A stretch of DNA of 64,000 nt. It comes from Eledone cirrhosa (taxonomy: Eukaryota). The notes beneath the pieces are model-generated. The model searched no databases and was not told the origin of the DNA. It saw nothing but the letters and a program-made list of their open reading frames with translations. Every line of letters begins with the position of its first letter. Within the stretch, counting starts at the first letter, position 1. The position numbers were made by a program, and so were the translations under genes. Below, piece by piece: positions 11,901 through 21,110 of the stretch. The stretch spans positions 114,266,001-114,330,000 of the forward strand of contig OZ024743.1 in NCBI GenBank assembly GCA_964016885.1, given 5' to 3'.

Positions 11901-13288
11901 GTTTCATTATAATTAACTGTCTCTTCAGTATAGTACTCAGTAACTGGGATGTTTTTCATACCTAACCATATTTCAAAGAAATGATCATTTATGTTATCTC
12001 CAAAACTTTCTATCAACATGTTGTAAAAGTGTCCCATATATGGCTGGAGAACATCAATAGAAAGTATGTTCCGTTTTCTTGTCTGAAATTGTATAGTTAA
12101 TAGATCAATTTCATGTTTCAGTTCTTTCATTTCGTCTTTCACTGTATATCTGTTTCTTTCCACATCCTTATCTTTTTTCCATAACACGTCTGATTTCAAA
12201 TCCCGCAGGTTATATTTTTTGAGGACTTCACTAGAGCTTCGTCCTCCAACTCGAACAATACCTCCAACTAAAAACTTATCAATACCTTCAAGAAACTGAT
12301 CCAAAGAATGGTTTGTGTAACATACAATCAACATAGGCCTGCCACACCATTTTTCATGGTTGCTACAGAGTGCCTTGACTACCTGGAGGCCAATATAAGT
12401 CTTTCCTGTTCCTGGTGGACCTTGTGTAAGTGAGAATTCTTTAGATAAAATATTAGAAAAAGCATTCAATTGAGAATCATTGAAATTCAATGACGTTGCT
12501 TCTGGCCAGTTGTTAGCTAAAACATCAACCTTAATGGCAGATAAAGATGGACTCTCAACTTTAACAGTTCGGGTAGTATAATTATAAACAAGTTTACATT
12601 TATCAGTTAGACAAGATAAATCAAAGACAGGGTTAGTTTGTGTCAAATATTTTGGAACTTTCACATTTTTATCAGCATATAAAATAATATCCTGGAAAGG
12701 TAAATCCGAAGAAACAATTTCCTTTAAGCCTGTTAAAACATGTCGATATCCTTCAAAAAATGCTTTTGATTCAACCATTACAAATTTCTTATTTAAGATG
12801 GAATCCATTTTAAAATCGGAAAAGAAGTTCAATGTAACTATTCCTTTCTGTAGTTCTTTTGAAATCCTGTCAGAAATTGTAGCATAATGTGTAGTTAAGA
12901 ATTTATCTTCAGACAAACAGACAAGTGACCCAAATATAAATCGCTTATTCTGTTCCCAATTGATATTGAAGAATTTGGAAACATCAAATGATACTTTATA
13001 CTGAACACCATTGTTACTTGTTTCCCAATCACAAACATATACATCATGATAGACATAAAAAGCATCATTAGGGCTTTCCTTTAGTATATTTTCGCATTCC
13101 ATGCATGAAGCTAATCCTTCGCGTAATGGAGCAACAAAATCTTCTCGTAACAAACGAAACTGGACATCTAGATAATGTTCAAGATTTTCATAAACGCCTT
13201 CCTTTAGATTTTTTTGAATAACAGGTTTTTTAGGTGATACAGTCTCATCTAGAGTAGGGGTCAAATTTAGATCCCTAAAATCACCCAA
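8969..13288 (-). CDS. ZNFX1: NFX1-type zinc finger-containing protein 1 homolog, main body: SF1B/Upf1-like RNA helicase, NF-X1 zinc-finger repeats and start of the RZ finger
   Basis: 1439-aa ORF with YLDVQFRLLREDF, Walker A QGPPGTGKT, CYTNHSLDQFL, ZNFX1-type Walker B IIVEEAAE, LIGDHKQLQP, SLFERM, QHRMRPEI, VDNYQGEENDII and RVCVALSRAK. These are followed by many CGH-x-C repeats, a CPKCK motif and terminal GQWFKCKN. The track's TTG start is not a real start: the frame continues upstream across one TAG. Confidence 0.95.
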   Translation of the reverse strand: MGDFRDLNLTPTLDETVSPKKPVIQKNLKEGVYENLEHYLDVQFRLLREDFVAPLREGLASCMECENILKESPNDAFYVYHDVYVCDWETSNNGVQYKVSFDVSKFFNINWEQNKRFIFGSLVCLSEDKFLTTHYATISDRISKELQKGIVTLNFFSDFKMDSILNKKFVMVESKAFFEGYRHVLTGLKEIVSSDLPFQDIILYADKNVKVPKYLTQTNPVFDLSCLTDKCKLVYNYTTRTVKVESPSLSAIKVDVLANNWPEATSLNFNDSQLNAFSNILSKEFSLTQGPPGTGKTYIGLQVVKALCSNHEKWCGRPMLIVCYTNHSLDQFLEGIDKFLVGGIVRVGGRSSSEVLKKYNLRDLKSDVLWKKDKDVERNRYTVKDEMKELKHEIDLLTIQFQTRKRNILSIDVLQPYMGHFYNMLIESFGDNINDHFFEIWLGMKNIPVTEYYTEETVNYNETNESMRDVDFLQEDRMLDRDINDLHQARFKRKFVFVGEINEGVNLVDEDGFQRPAKEMKKLRAQLRRELNAEEIMSVEKINLISNSDLWIMPVSKRWCLYRYWLSLYSSKLLEDLFDLATKFNVAAKRLEELRYEEDKTILGNSLIIGMTTTGAARYRAILQELQPRIIIVEEAAEILEAHIITSLNRSCEQLILIGDHKQLQPSTNVYKLAKYYNLDVSLFERMFNNNIEVKCLTDQHRMRPEIAELVHPIYPGLQNHESVTQYENIRGINQNLYFINHSHAENEVTFTKSKINPYEASFNIQLCCYLRKQDYESSQITILTTYLGQLFYIKKLVKEQRLCEDVRVSVVDNYQGEENDIILLSLVRSNDHDSIGYLKIDNRVCVALSRAKKGLYVIGNFQLFARNSPLWAGILLSLEEKRLLVDAMMLKCENHPGTFAEVASLEDFSRVPEGGCLKPCNTRLDCGHTCTLMCHPYDKEHKNTMCLKKCVRIVPDCNHPCLKSCSEKCKPCQTKVSKEVPNCLHIQEMLCSENPFLFICKEPCPRELACGHKCLNTCGESCLENCPQIIVNKCPLGHTSNTECYKKDKCFVTCNKILDCEHTCKGYCSQCNNTHIHKPCDEGCTRILICGHKCQTKDCSSCLPCEMRCENKCVHNECKKKCGEPCEVCVEPCNWKCAHYSCSKLCYEPCDRPACKEPCNKLLKCGHQCVGLCGEQCPNLCSICHGAQLKEIFFGNEDEDGTRFVQLQDCKHVFEVNGLDHWMTIDVVNSEIQLKCCPKCKIPIRRNQRYGNLINKTLDDIEEVKQKLNADPRKVSEFFKTFIKSKPFLKKLLNIKIRSEEDLISMKSKVQFLEVLSKLKISSDYLVTWLTNHKKRFTPQELKDLKYEVLRLQTLQIVEDTQNELKQLPDILHVLKKAYVYLEGFYSEEKNSNIKTILDEVKTLKPGLNISQKEKIEILDALQLRKGQWFKCKNVVNS

Positions 13289-13312
13289 AATATTTGCTAA
13301 AGAATGCTTTTT

Positions 13313-13948
13313 CTATCGAGATTTTGTTGCATGTTCAGAACTGATAGGTTTTGAAAGGTTCGATAGTTCTTTAATTTTTGATTCAATCTCTGAGTCAGAA
13401 GAACCCTTAATAGCTATATCGATTAGTCCTAAAGTTTGCATCACCTTGACATAATTACTGGGTGTAACTGTTAGAATTATTTTTAAAACATCAAAAAATT
13501 CAATCAAGAAGTCTCTTTCTTTGTCATTTATTTCAGTTTCAGTGATTGCAATAATTACATCATTGATGTGATCAAAGAATCTGGAATACATCATTATTGA
13601 TAGATGTTTGTTGTTCATTTCCTTCAGTGAGAAAGAGTCAAAACTTTGCTTCAAAACTTTTAAAAACAATGTAGTTGTGTAAATGTCCACTGGTTCATCA
13701 AGAAAGTTCTTGAAACATTTTTCACAAGACCCTAACTTTAAACAAATAGTATTTGGATTCGTCTCCTTTAAGTCTTCAAACAATTTCAAATTGAAACAAC
13801 ATTTTTTGTGTTTTGAACATCTAAGAAAACCTTCATCAGGAGATTTTTTTGAATTTATCCCAAATCTTTTCTGAATTTGTCTGCTGACACAATGATGCTT
13901 TGATTGATTAATTGGCTTCATTTTGGGTTGTTTACGATTGTAGTTCAT
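13313..13948 (-). CDS. ZNFX1: N-terminal (ARM-like) segment of the same ZNFX1 exon, ending at an in-frame TAG (13313-13315)
   Basis: Same frame as the 1439-aa ORF (13312-13288 = 24 nt), reading ...EHATKSR*KKHSLANILGDFRDLNLTPT. ATG at 13948 lies 5 nt after a strong acceptor (ttttctttcAG at 13954-13955). LFEDLKETNPNTICLKL...FKNFL resembles the ZNFX1 N-terminal helical region. Confidence 0.8.
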   Translation of the reverse strand: MNYNRKQPKMKPINQSKHHCVSRQIQKRFGINSKKSPDEGFLRCSKHKKCCFNLKLFEDLKETNPNTICLKLGSCEKCFKNFLDEPVDIYTTTLFLKVLKQSFDSFSLKEMNNKHLSIMMYSRFFDHINDVIIAITETEINDKERDFLIEFFDVLKIILTVTPSNYVKVMQTLGLIDIAIKGSSDSEIESKIKELSNLSKPISSEHATKSR

Positions 13949-14871
13949 TATTCCTGAAAGAAAATTGGGTATCAATAAGTTCCTGAAAATTTTTTTTCAA
14001 AAAGTATGTATTTAAAACAATAACCTGTATATACTTCCAAAGGTTGGCTGTATCTTTACAGCATCAGTTACAAATGTTTTTTTTTTATTTGTTCTGTCTT
14101 TCTACACTCTAAGCCCAAATTCCATTGCGGTCAACTTTGTCTTTCATATTTTTGGGGGGTAATAAATAAATTAATAATTCAATACTGGCACTGATTTTTC
14201 TTAAATCACCTTTGTCAGACAATGAGGAAAGAGATGGGAAATACCAGCCTTAAAATGCCTCGAAGACATGTCATAAGTCATGACAGCAGATCAAGCATTG
14301 CATCAAGAGTTAAGGACTAAAGGTAATGCAAGGCATATAGACTTTTATAATTTACCAAACAGTTCCTCTTAAGGAATAAATTTGAAGACCAACATAGTAA
14401 GCTACTGTATATTCTCACCAAAGCATTTTACCATGGCTGGTGCCAATTGGTGTTGCTTGTGTGTAACTCCACCAGACATGTGTGCATATATACACATACA
14501 CGCATACATACGTGCACACATACATACACACATATATACATTCATACATACAAACACACATACGCACACTAAGAAACACACGCATATATCATCAACGTTT
14601 TAACATCTATATTTCCATGATTGATTGTGTCATGTGTTGAGGAAAGATGAAAATGACTGGGTGAGAGTAATAGAGACTGTGGTGAATGTCGTGAAGAGGA
14701 ACCTCTGTTGTAAAGTAAGCCCCCCCCTCACTTCCATACTATTACAAGTCACAAGAGAGTTTACTTTCATTATCCAACTACGCCGCCATTGCTATTAGAC
14801 CAGAATACGTTTTATATGTTCCACACCCTGGTAGTTTTAGTGGCTTTATATCACCTATAACTTTTTTATGT

Positions 14872-15120
14872 GAATAGTCGTTCCTTAATGGTTAGGGTAT
14901 TCGGCTCACGATCGTAAGGTCCTGGCTTCGATTATCGGTGGCGCCTTGTGTCATTGAGCAAGATATTTTATTTTACGTTGCTCCAGTCCACTCAGCTGGC
15001 AAAAAATGAGTTGTGCTTGTAAATTCGAAGAACCAGCTTAGTCATATTCCGTATCTCACTGAATCTCCCTGAGAACTATGTAAAGGGTACGCGTGTCGTG
15101 GAATGCTCAGCCACTTGTAG
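14872..15120 (+). mobile_element. Second tRNA-derived SINE family with CORE/V-like gtgtc.ttgagcaag domain; relatives at 4070-4340 (minus) and 53198-53330 (plus)
   Basis: tRNA-like head (cttaatggttagggtattcggctcacgatcgtaagg...ttcgatt) then gtgtcattgagcaag and gaatctccctgagaactatg. Confidence 0.7.
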
Positions 15121-15439
15121 GTTCCTCCCGTTAGACCTGTGCGAAATTCCTTCCTTGCTCACATTTCAACCAGGTTTGATGGTCTTTATTCTCTTGTTCA
15201 CGATTTCACCGAACTTAAATTCATAGAAATCTGGGACTTGTTTCCTTCTTCCTCACTTTCTGTTGCCTCACCATTTTGTTTGTTCACCCTCGCGTCCCCT
15301 TTATTTACGTGTCCCAACGACTTTTTTTAGCCGTTGCTCGCACCAACCGGAGGTATATGGTCTTTAAAGCGATGAAATACCTATGATAGTTGGAAGATCA
15401 CTGATGAAGGACAAACTTTTTTCATATATATATATATAT

Positions 15440-16140
15440 ATTGTTATACTTTGGGAGGGTCATGTTGCCAATAAGAAACACACGCACCAGTTGCCTTCAC
15501 TTCAATTTATTATATATTTATAAATTTATAAATTTACAAATCTACAAACTTATAAATTTCTGGTTGGTTGGTTGGTTCCACAACCAGATAGTTGTTTATA
15601 TATAGTCATAGTCCTTTCGTCACACACTCTGTGACCTCTTCAGTGACTGGGGATTCCTTTCTTTGTTTCTGTGCCTTTCCTTTCTTCTGTCCTACGCCAT
15701 TTTGTTTCTGTGTGTGTGTTGTGTGCTCAGTTTGCGCATGCGCCACATCCGGGTGTCTGTGTGTGTTTGTGTTCATTTATCTATTTGTTTATTTATTTAT
15801 TTATTTATTGTTGGTTGGTTGTTTGTTCTATGTGTGTGTGTGTTTTCATTTTGTCCTTAATTGTAAGTTGTGATGTTGCTGTTCCACTCATATTTTCTAT
15901 TTAATTTTGGTTGTAATTCTTTTATGCTTACTGCCTCTGTAATTTGCCTAAACATTGCATCTTTTCTGTGTGTGGATTCTATTTTTATTTCTATGTTCTC
16001 TAATTTACCCCTGTATTCTATCTTAGCAACTGGTGCGTGTGTTTCTTATTGGCAACATGACCCTCCCAAAGTATAACAATATCGGTTTCAACACACGATT
16101 TCAGATAAAGAATCTTGCTAAACAAATTCAGAAACGAAAT
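15440..16140. mobile_element. Non-autonomous element with perfect 55-bp inverted repeats enclosing a hammerhead; shorter relatives at 1311-1555 and 57181-57320
   Basis: 15440-15494 is the reverse complement of 16026-16080 (attgttatactttgggagggtcatgttgccaataagaaacacacgcaccagttgc). (TA)n flanks. Confidence 0.8.
15604..15648 (-). ncRNA. Minimal type I hammerhead ribozyme
   Basis: AGTCA-CTGAAGA-G-GTCAC(AGAGTGT)GTGAC-GAAA-GGAC-TA^-TGACT; one extra nucleotide after A9 and a very short stem III. Confidence 0.72.
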
Positions 16141-16149
16141 ATATCTATA

Positions 16150-16185
<36 letters not shown>

Positions 16186-16319
16186 AACAAGTAGGACCCC
16201 GACGGCTGAGCTCAAGCTGTTTCGACTCAGGTCATAAAGGGCCGTAACTCTATGCTGCAAAGCATGGCGTCCGACCATCTACCGATACAGCCAATCTACT
16301 GTTATTTGTAACAAATTAA

Positions 16320-16497
16320 TTGTTTCTACTTTTGGCACAAGGCCAGCAATTATCCAGTGCATTACTCGTACTTTATTTTATCGACCCCGTAAGGATGAAA
16401 GGCAAAGTCAACCTCGGCGGGATTTGAACTCAGATCGTAAAGGGACGTAACTATGCTGGCGTCCGACCCTCTACCGATACTGCCAATCCACCGCCCT
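16320..16497 (-). mobile_element. tRNA-derived SINE with Nin/Deu-like core (dominant family, more than 25 copies or fragments in the window)
   Basis: Head ggcggtggattggcagtatcggtag (A box), gagttcaaatcc (B box), core gcctttcatccttacggggtcgataaaataaagtac, tail ggccttgtgccaaaagtagaaacaatt. Confidence 0.85.
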
Positions 16498-16498
16498 T

Positions 16499-17625
16499 AA
16501 TATAGATTATAACCTGACCTGGAGTGTGCTCAAAAGGGCCACCCCTTATAAAAAAAAATAGATATGAATGTAGATTATCTTCCCAGGAACTTTTTGAAAT
16601 AATGAAATAATTAAATAAACGACAGGAATTAATTATATCATGTAATCATAAACTGAGAAGAACTTTTAAATATTATAAACCTAATTAATATACACTTTAG
16701 AAATTATTATAATAACACTTTTTTAAAATTAGTTAACCTATAATTAATATTCTACTACTAATGAACTGCATAATTTTATTTCCCTTTTACAGCTATCTTT
16801 TCCTAAAATTTATACCAATAAGTATACATATAAACTATTTTAATTTCAGGTTATGATTCTATGTTCCTTATAATCTATATAAATTTGTTATTTCTCACTA
16901 ATAAATAAATTTACCCCCCCCCCCCAATAATAATAATTATTATTTTTTTACTTTCCCTTCGGTTTTAACAGCACTCTTCAATTACATCTAACCCTTATTT
17001 ATCATATCTATATGAATTAATATAAATTTATCAATATAAATATACCTATCAATTTAATTAATTTATTTCCTTTTATAGATGTAAATTCCCTATATTTTAA
17101 ATAAGATTGATATTTTTCACTAACACATTTATCGTAAAATGTTATTCTCCTTAGATATTTACATTAGCATTATTCTTTTATAACATCAATTCTTAGTGTA
17201 CCTTTTACCGACTTGACATATTTTCATCCCTAAAATAATCATTTCATTCATCATACTCTTTCCATTCAAAACTGAAATCTGCTTTCCTCTACCCCTAAAT
17301 TAAAGTTCTATTACTACTATTCTACCATCTTGACCACTTACTACCTTTCTATTGGTCAATTCAAAACCTGTTCCCAAACAGACCTATTATATTAAATCTT
17401 TGTTGTTTTTTTTCAATAAACAAATATCATTATTTCTGAAGACAGCATATATATGTGTAGGTATGTATATTCCCTCTGATAGTTTGTAAAAATTTCACAT
17501 AGATCTATATGATATACATACCAACACAAACATATATATCCTAGAAACGATCATAAAATGATGAATTTTTTAATATAAGGAACTGTTTCTTTGTTTTTAT
17601 TCATTATTTTTATTAATTTATCTTG
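16499..17625 (+). mobile_element. PLE family A 3' fragment (GIY-YIG C-terminus, 3' UTR, hammerhead)
   Basis: Colinear with 54605-55880 (acctggagtgtgctcaaaagggccacccc...aaggaactgtttctttg). Shorter pieces occur at 2612-2662 and 60177-60365. Confidence 0.85.
17428..17563 (+). ncRNA. Long-stem-II hammerhead (PLE family A), stem III mutated to CGATCA
   Basis: CATTATTT-CTGAAGA...GAAA-CGATCA-TA-AAATGATG; homologous to 55708-55833. Confidence 0.62.
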
Positions 17626-17759
17626 ACTCTGTTTTCCTGTATTTTTCATCGGAAAAAAAAAAAATTTTTTTTTTAAATACATCTCTTTTCATGATATTCG
17701 GATTACATTGAGTTCTTCATACGGATTGGACACTACCGTACATTTTGGTAGATTTATCT

Positions 17760-17795
<36 letters not shown>

Positions 17796-18001
17796 CCTAA
17801 CTTCTTGTGTTCACTCTGAGGAGAAATTTATTAATTACTGTCATTGAGTGCTTTGTGAAAGTCTTCGAAGATCGGGTGCTAATCTGCTACTCGCAGCTGT
17901 AACTTCGCTTATAGTCATTATTATTATTATTTTCTCCTAGCCTTTATAATTAATTAATTAATTGATTATTTAATTGTTTGAAAACGTAGATGAGAGCTTA
18001 C

Positions 18002-18215
18002 CTCGAGACTGTGAATAAATCCTTTGCTCACACTTTTGAATGTACCCGCCCAAAACTCGGGAAACTGACCTTCCTCTTTCTGAGAAAGAACACGTGACCT
18101 CACTGCCAAATTTACTGCTGCAGTAGAATGGCAGTGTTGTCTCAGGACCCGATGAAAGTGGATACTTGGAACGAAAAACCTGTTGACGAAGGGATATCCA
18201 CGTTCCATCTTAGGA
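18002..18215 (-). promoter_or_regulatory. Possible non-coding first exon and promoter of ZNFX1
   Basis: Consensus donor GAG|GTAAGC at 18002/18001, with GGGCGGG, CACGTG and GGGATATCC nearby in a unique island. No transcript evidence. Confidence 0.25.
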
Positions 18216-18542
18216 TGATTACTAACTTACGAAAATTGGAGTGGTTTCTAGGTACCCGAATATACCCAGAAACCTATAGAAGATATTTATCGATTAATAT
18301 CTATCGACAAGGTCCATGTTCGTCTTTAACCTGTCTGTATTTTTCGTTGTTGTAGTATTAATGTGGCAACATGACCCTGATCACATTATTCATGGCGTCA
18401 CTATTACCTAACTTCTTGTGTTCATTCTGAGGAGAAATTTATTAATTGCTCTATCATTGAGTGCTTTGTGACAGTCTTCAAAGATCGGGTGCTAATCTGC
18501 TACTTGCAGCTGCAACTTCGATAATACTCATTATTATTATTT

Positions 18543-19195
18543 TGGCAGTATCGGTAGAGCGTCGGACGCCCAGCTTTGCAGCATAGAGTTACGGCCCTTT
18601 ATAATCTGAGTTCAAATCCCGCCGTGGTTAACTTTGCCTTTCATCCTTACAGGGTCGATAAAATAAAGTACCAGTCACGCACTGGAGTCGATTTAATCGG
18701 CTTTCCCTTCCCCCCCAAATTGCTGGCATTGTGCCGATATAAGAAATCATTATATATATTTATATGTGTATGTATGTATAGAGAGAGAAGAGTGGTAAAA
18801 ATGCGATGACGTCACAACATTGAGCAGAGAACACATTGACGTGATCAAATGCCAAATGTAGATAAAATATGTGACGAACCAGTCACAGAAGTAAACGACA
18901 TTTTTGTTGGTTTGTCTATTGCTTAAGTGTTTTATTGTATGTCGTAGTTTTAATTTCATTTTAATATTGAAGAGAGGTGGTAGATTGGCAGAATCAGTAA
19001 AACATCGGATAAAATGCCATTAAAGTATGCATTCTGGCTCTGCATTCTAAGTGCAAATCCTGCCGAGGTCAACTTTACCTTTCATTCTTCCGGGATCGAA
19101 AAAAGGAAGTATCAATCAAGTACTGGGGTTGATTTAATCAATTCTATCTTTCTACCAAATCTGCGAGTCTTGTGCCAAATTAAGAATCGGTATTA
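18543..19195 (+). mobile_element. Two SINE copies of the dominant family (18543-18750, 18975-19195)
   Basis: A box, B box and core motifs as in the consensus. Confidence 0.75.
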
Positions 19196-19751
19196 GAGAA
19201 ATTTAATACATACAAAGAGAGTCAAAGAAAATAGTATTGATTTATTGTTAACATGTAGAAGTAGGAACACTTTATATTTATATTTCTACTAGCATTGGTA
19301 CACAGCGATGACTGGGTGTTGTATTAAACTAACATCATACAACAATGTGCAGATTATAGCACACACGCAAAACTATTCCACAAATAAAATCGGATTTTGT
19401 GTATTTTGATTAAAGCCGAAATTATAGCAATTATAAAAATGTCTTCGTCATATGTTAATGCCAAAGCTTCCGAATAAACAATACCTATGGTTTACGCTGT
19501 AATGCTAAAAAAACGTTCAGTTATCACTAAAATCGCATTAACACTGTCTTCGTTAATGAGTGGCAGCAACCATACCACTCATTTATAGTTCCAGTAATTG
19601 GCAACGTAAAACTATGAGCAATGATCTAAATATCTTCAGTTTCTAATAAAATGTATTAGATCTACTTTGTGTGTTGAACGTGCTTTTCATTCTTTGTAAA
19701 CAAGTCTAAACAAACGTTCACCAATACCTCTGTCACTCTCCCGCGGGAAAT

Positions 19752-19831
<80 letters not shown>

Positions 19832-19883
19832 ATACACACACACACACATATATACACACACACATATATATAAATATATACAC

Positions 19884-19955
<72 letters not shown>

Positions 19956-20110
19956 ATACACACATAAACACACACACACACATATATATATATAAATATA
20001 TACACACACACATATATATTCCGAAGAGATTGCTTTGGTAAAAACAGGAGCAAGCAGGAGAAAGCTCTCAACATTTGTAGTTTGTAGTTATGATGGAGAT
20101 CAGTATAATA

Positions 20111-20975
20111 ACTGTTTCTACTTTAGGCACAAGGCCAGCAATTACCCAGTACATTACTGGTACTTTATTTTATCGACCCCGTAAGGATGAAAGGCAAAGT
20201 CAACCTCGGCGGGATTTGAACTCAGATCGTAAAGGGACGTAACTATGCTGGAAAGCATGGCGTCCGACACTCTACTGATACTGCCAACAACATTAAGAAA
20301 GATGCTGTTGTTACATAAATCGTTTATTCTTTGTAATTATTTCAACGGTTCTCCCATGCCATCAAGATGTAATTCATGACTTTGTTGTTGTTGCTGCTGT
20401 TGTTGTTGTTGTTGTTGTTGCTGTTGCTGTTGTTGCTGTTGTTGTTGTTGTTGTGGTGGTGGTTCTGGTGGTGGTGGTGGTGGTGTCTGCCGGGAGCACG
20501 AGCAGAAGGGCGTGTTTTTCTTGCCGGCGGCAAATCGAATTTCTTCTGAGGATACAGTTCTCATAACAACAACAAATAAACGCAGACATATGTCGATACT
20601 TATGCAGAGAAATATAGTCATACAACAGTTAAAGTATAGGAATTTTATGTTGCGAGTAGCATATAATAATTGTTTCTACTTTTGGCACAAGGCCAGCAAT
20701 TACCCAGTGCAGTACTGGTACTTTATTTTATCGACCCCGTAAGGATGAAAGGCAAAGTTAGCCTCGGCGGGATTTGAACTCCCACCGAAGTTAACTGTGC
20801 CTTTCATCCTTACGGCGTCGATAAAATAAAGTACCAGTACTGCACTGGTTAATTGCTGGCCTTGTGCCAAAAGTAGAAACAATTATTATATGCTTACTCC
20901 TCAGATCATAAAGGGCCGTAACTCTTTGCTGCAAAGCATGGCGTCAGACCCTCTACCGATACTGCCAATCCACTG
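20111..20975. mobile_element. SINE cluster including an inverted pair forming a hairpin (20654-20899)
   Basis: Minus copy at 20111-20288; inverted arms around ggga-tttgaac-tccc; orphan 5' half at 20901-20975. Confidence 0.8.
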
Positions 20976-21000
20976 CATATAATAATAAGTAAGCATATAA

Positions 21001-21110
21001 TAATAATAATGATTTCATTTATTGGCCACAAGGGCCGACATGTAGCGGACAATACAAAGACACGGACAGTGACGGTTTGCAAGAAGCTCGAGTAAAAGTG
21101 CACATTAGCA
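21001..21110 (-). mobile_element. 3'-tail fragment of the Tx1/L1 family
   Basis: Reverse complement ...cccttgtggccaataaatgaaatc(att)n matches the 3' end of the element at 37068-37100. Confidence 0.7.

Noticed and set aside
13313-13330. The TAG acting as a splice acceptor that removes the stop
   Set aside because: No polypyrimidine tract upstream (CATGCAACAAAATCTCGATAG) and the upstream frame stays open and ZNFX1-like for over 200 codons. Unlikely, though not excluded.
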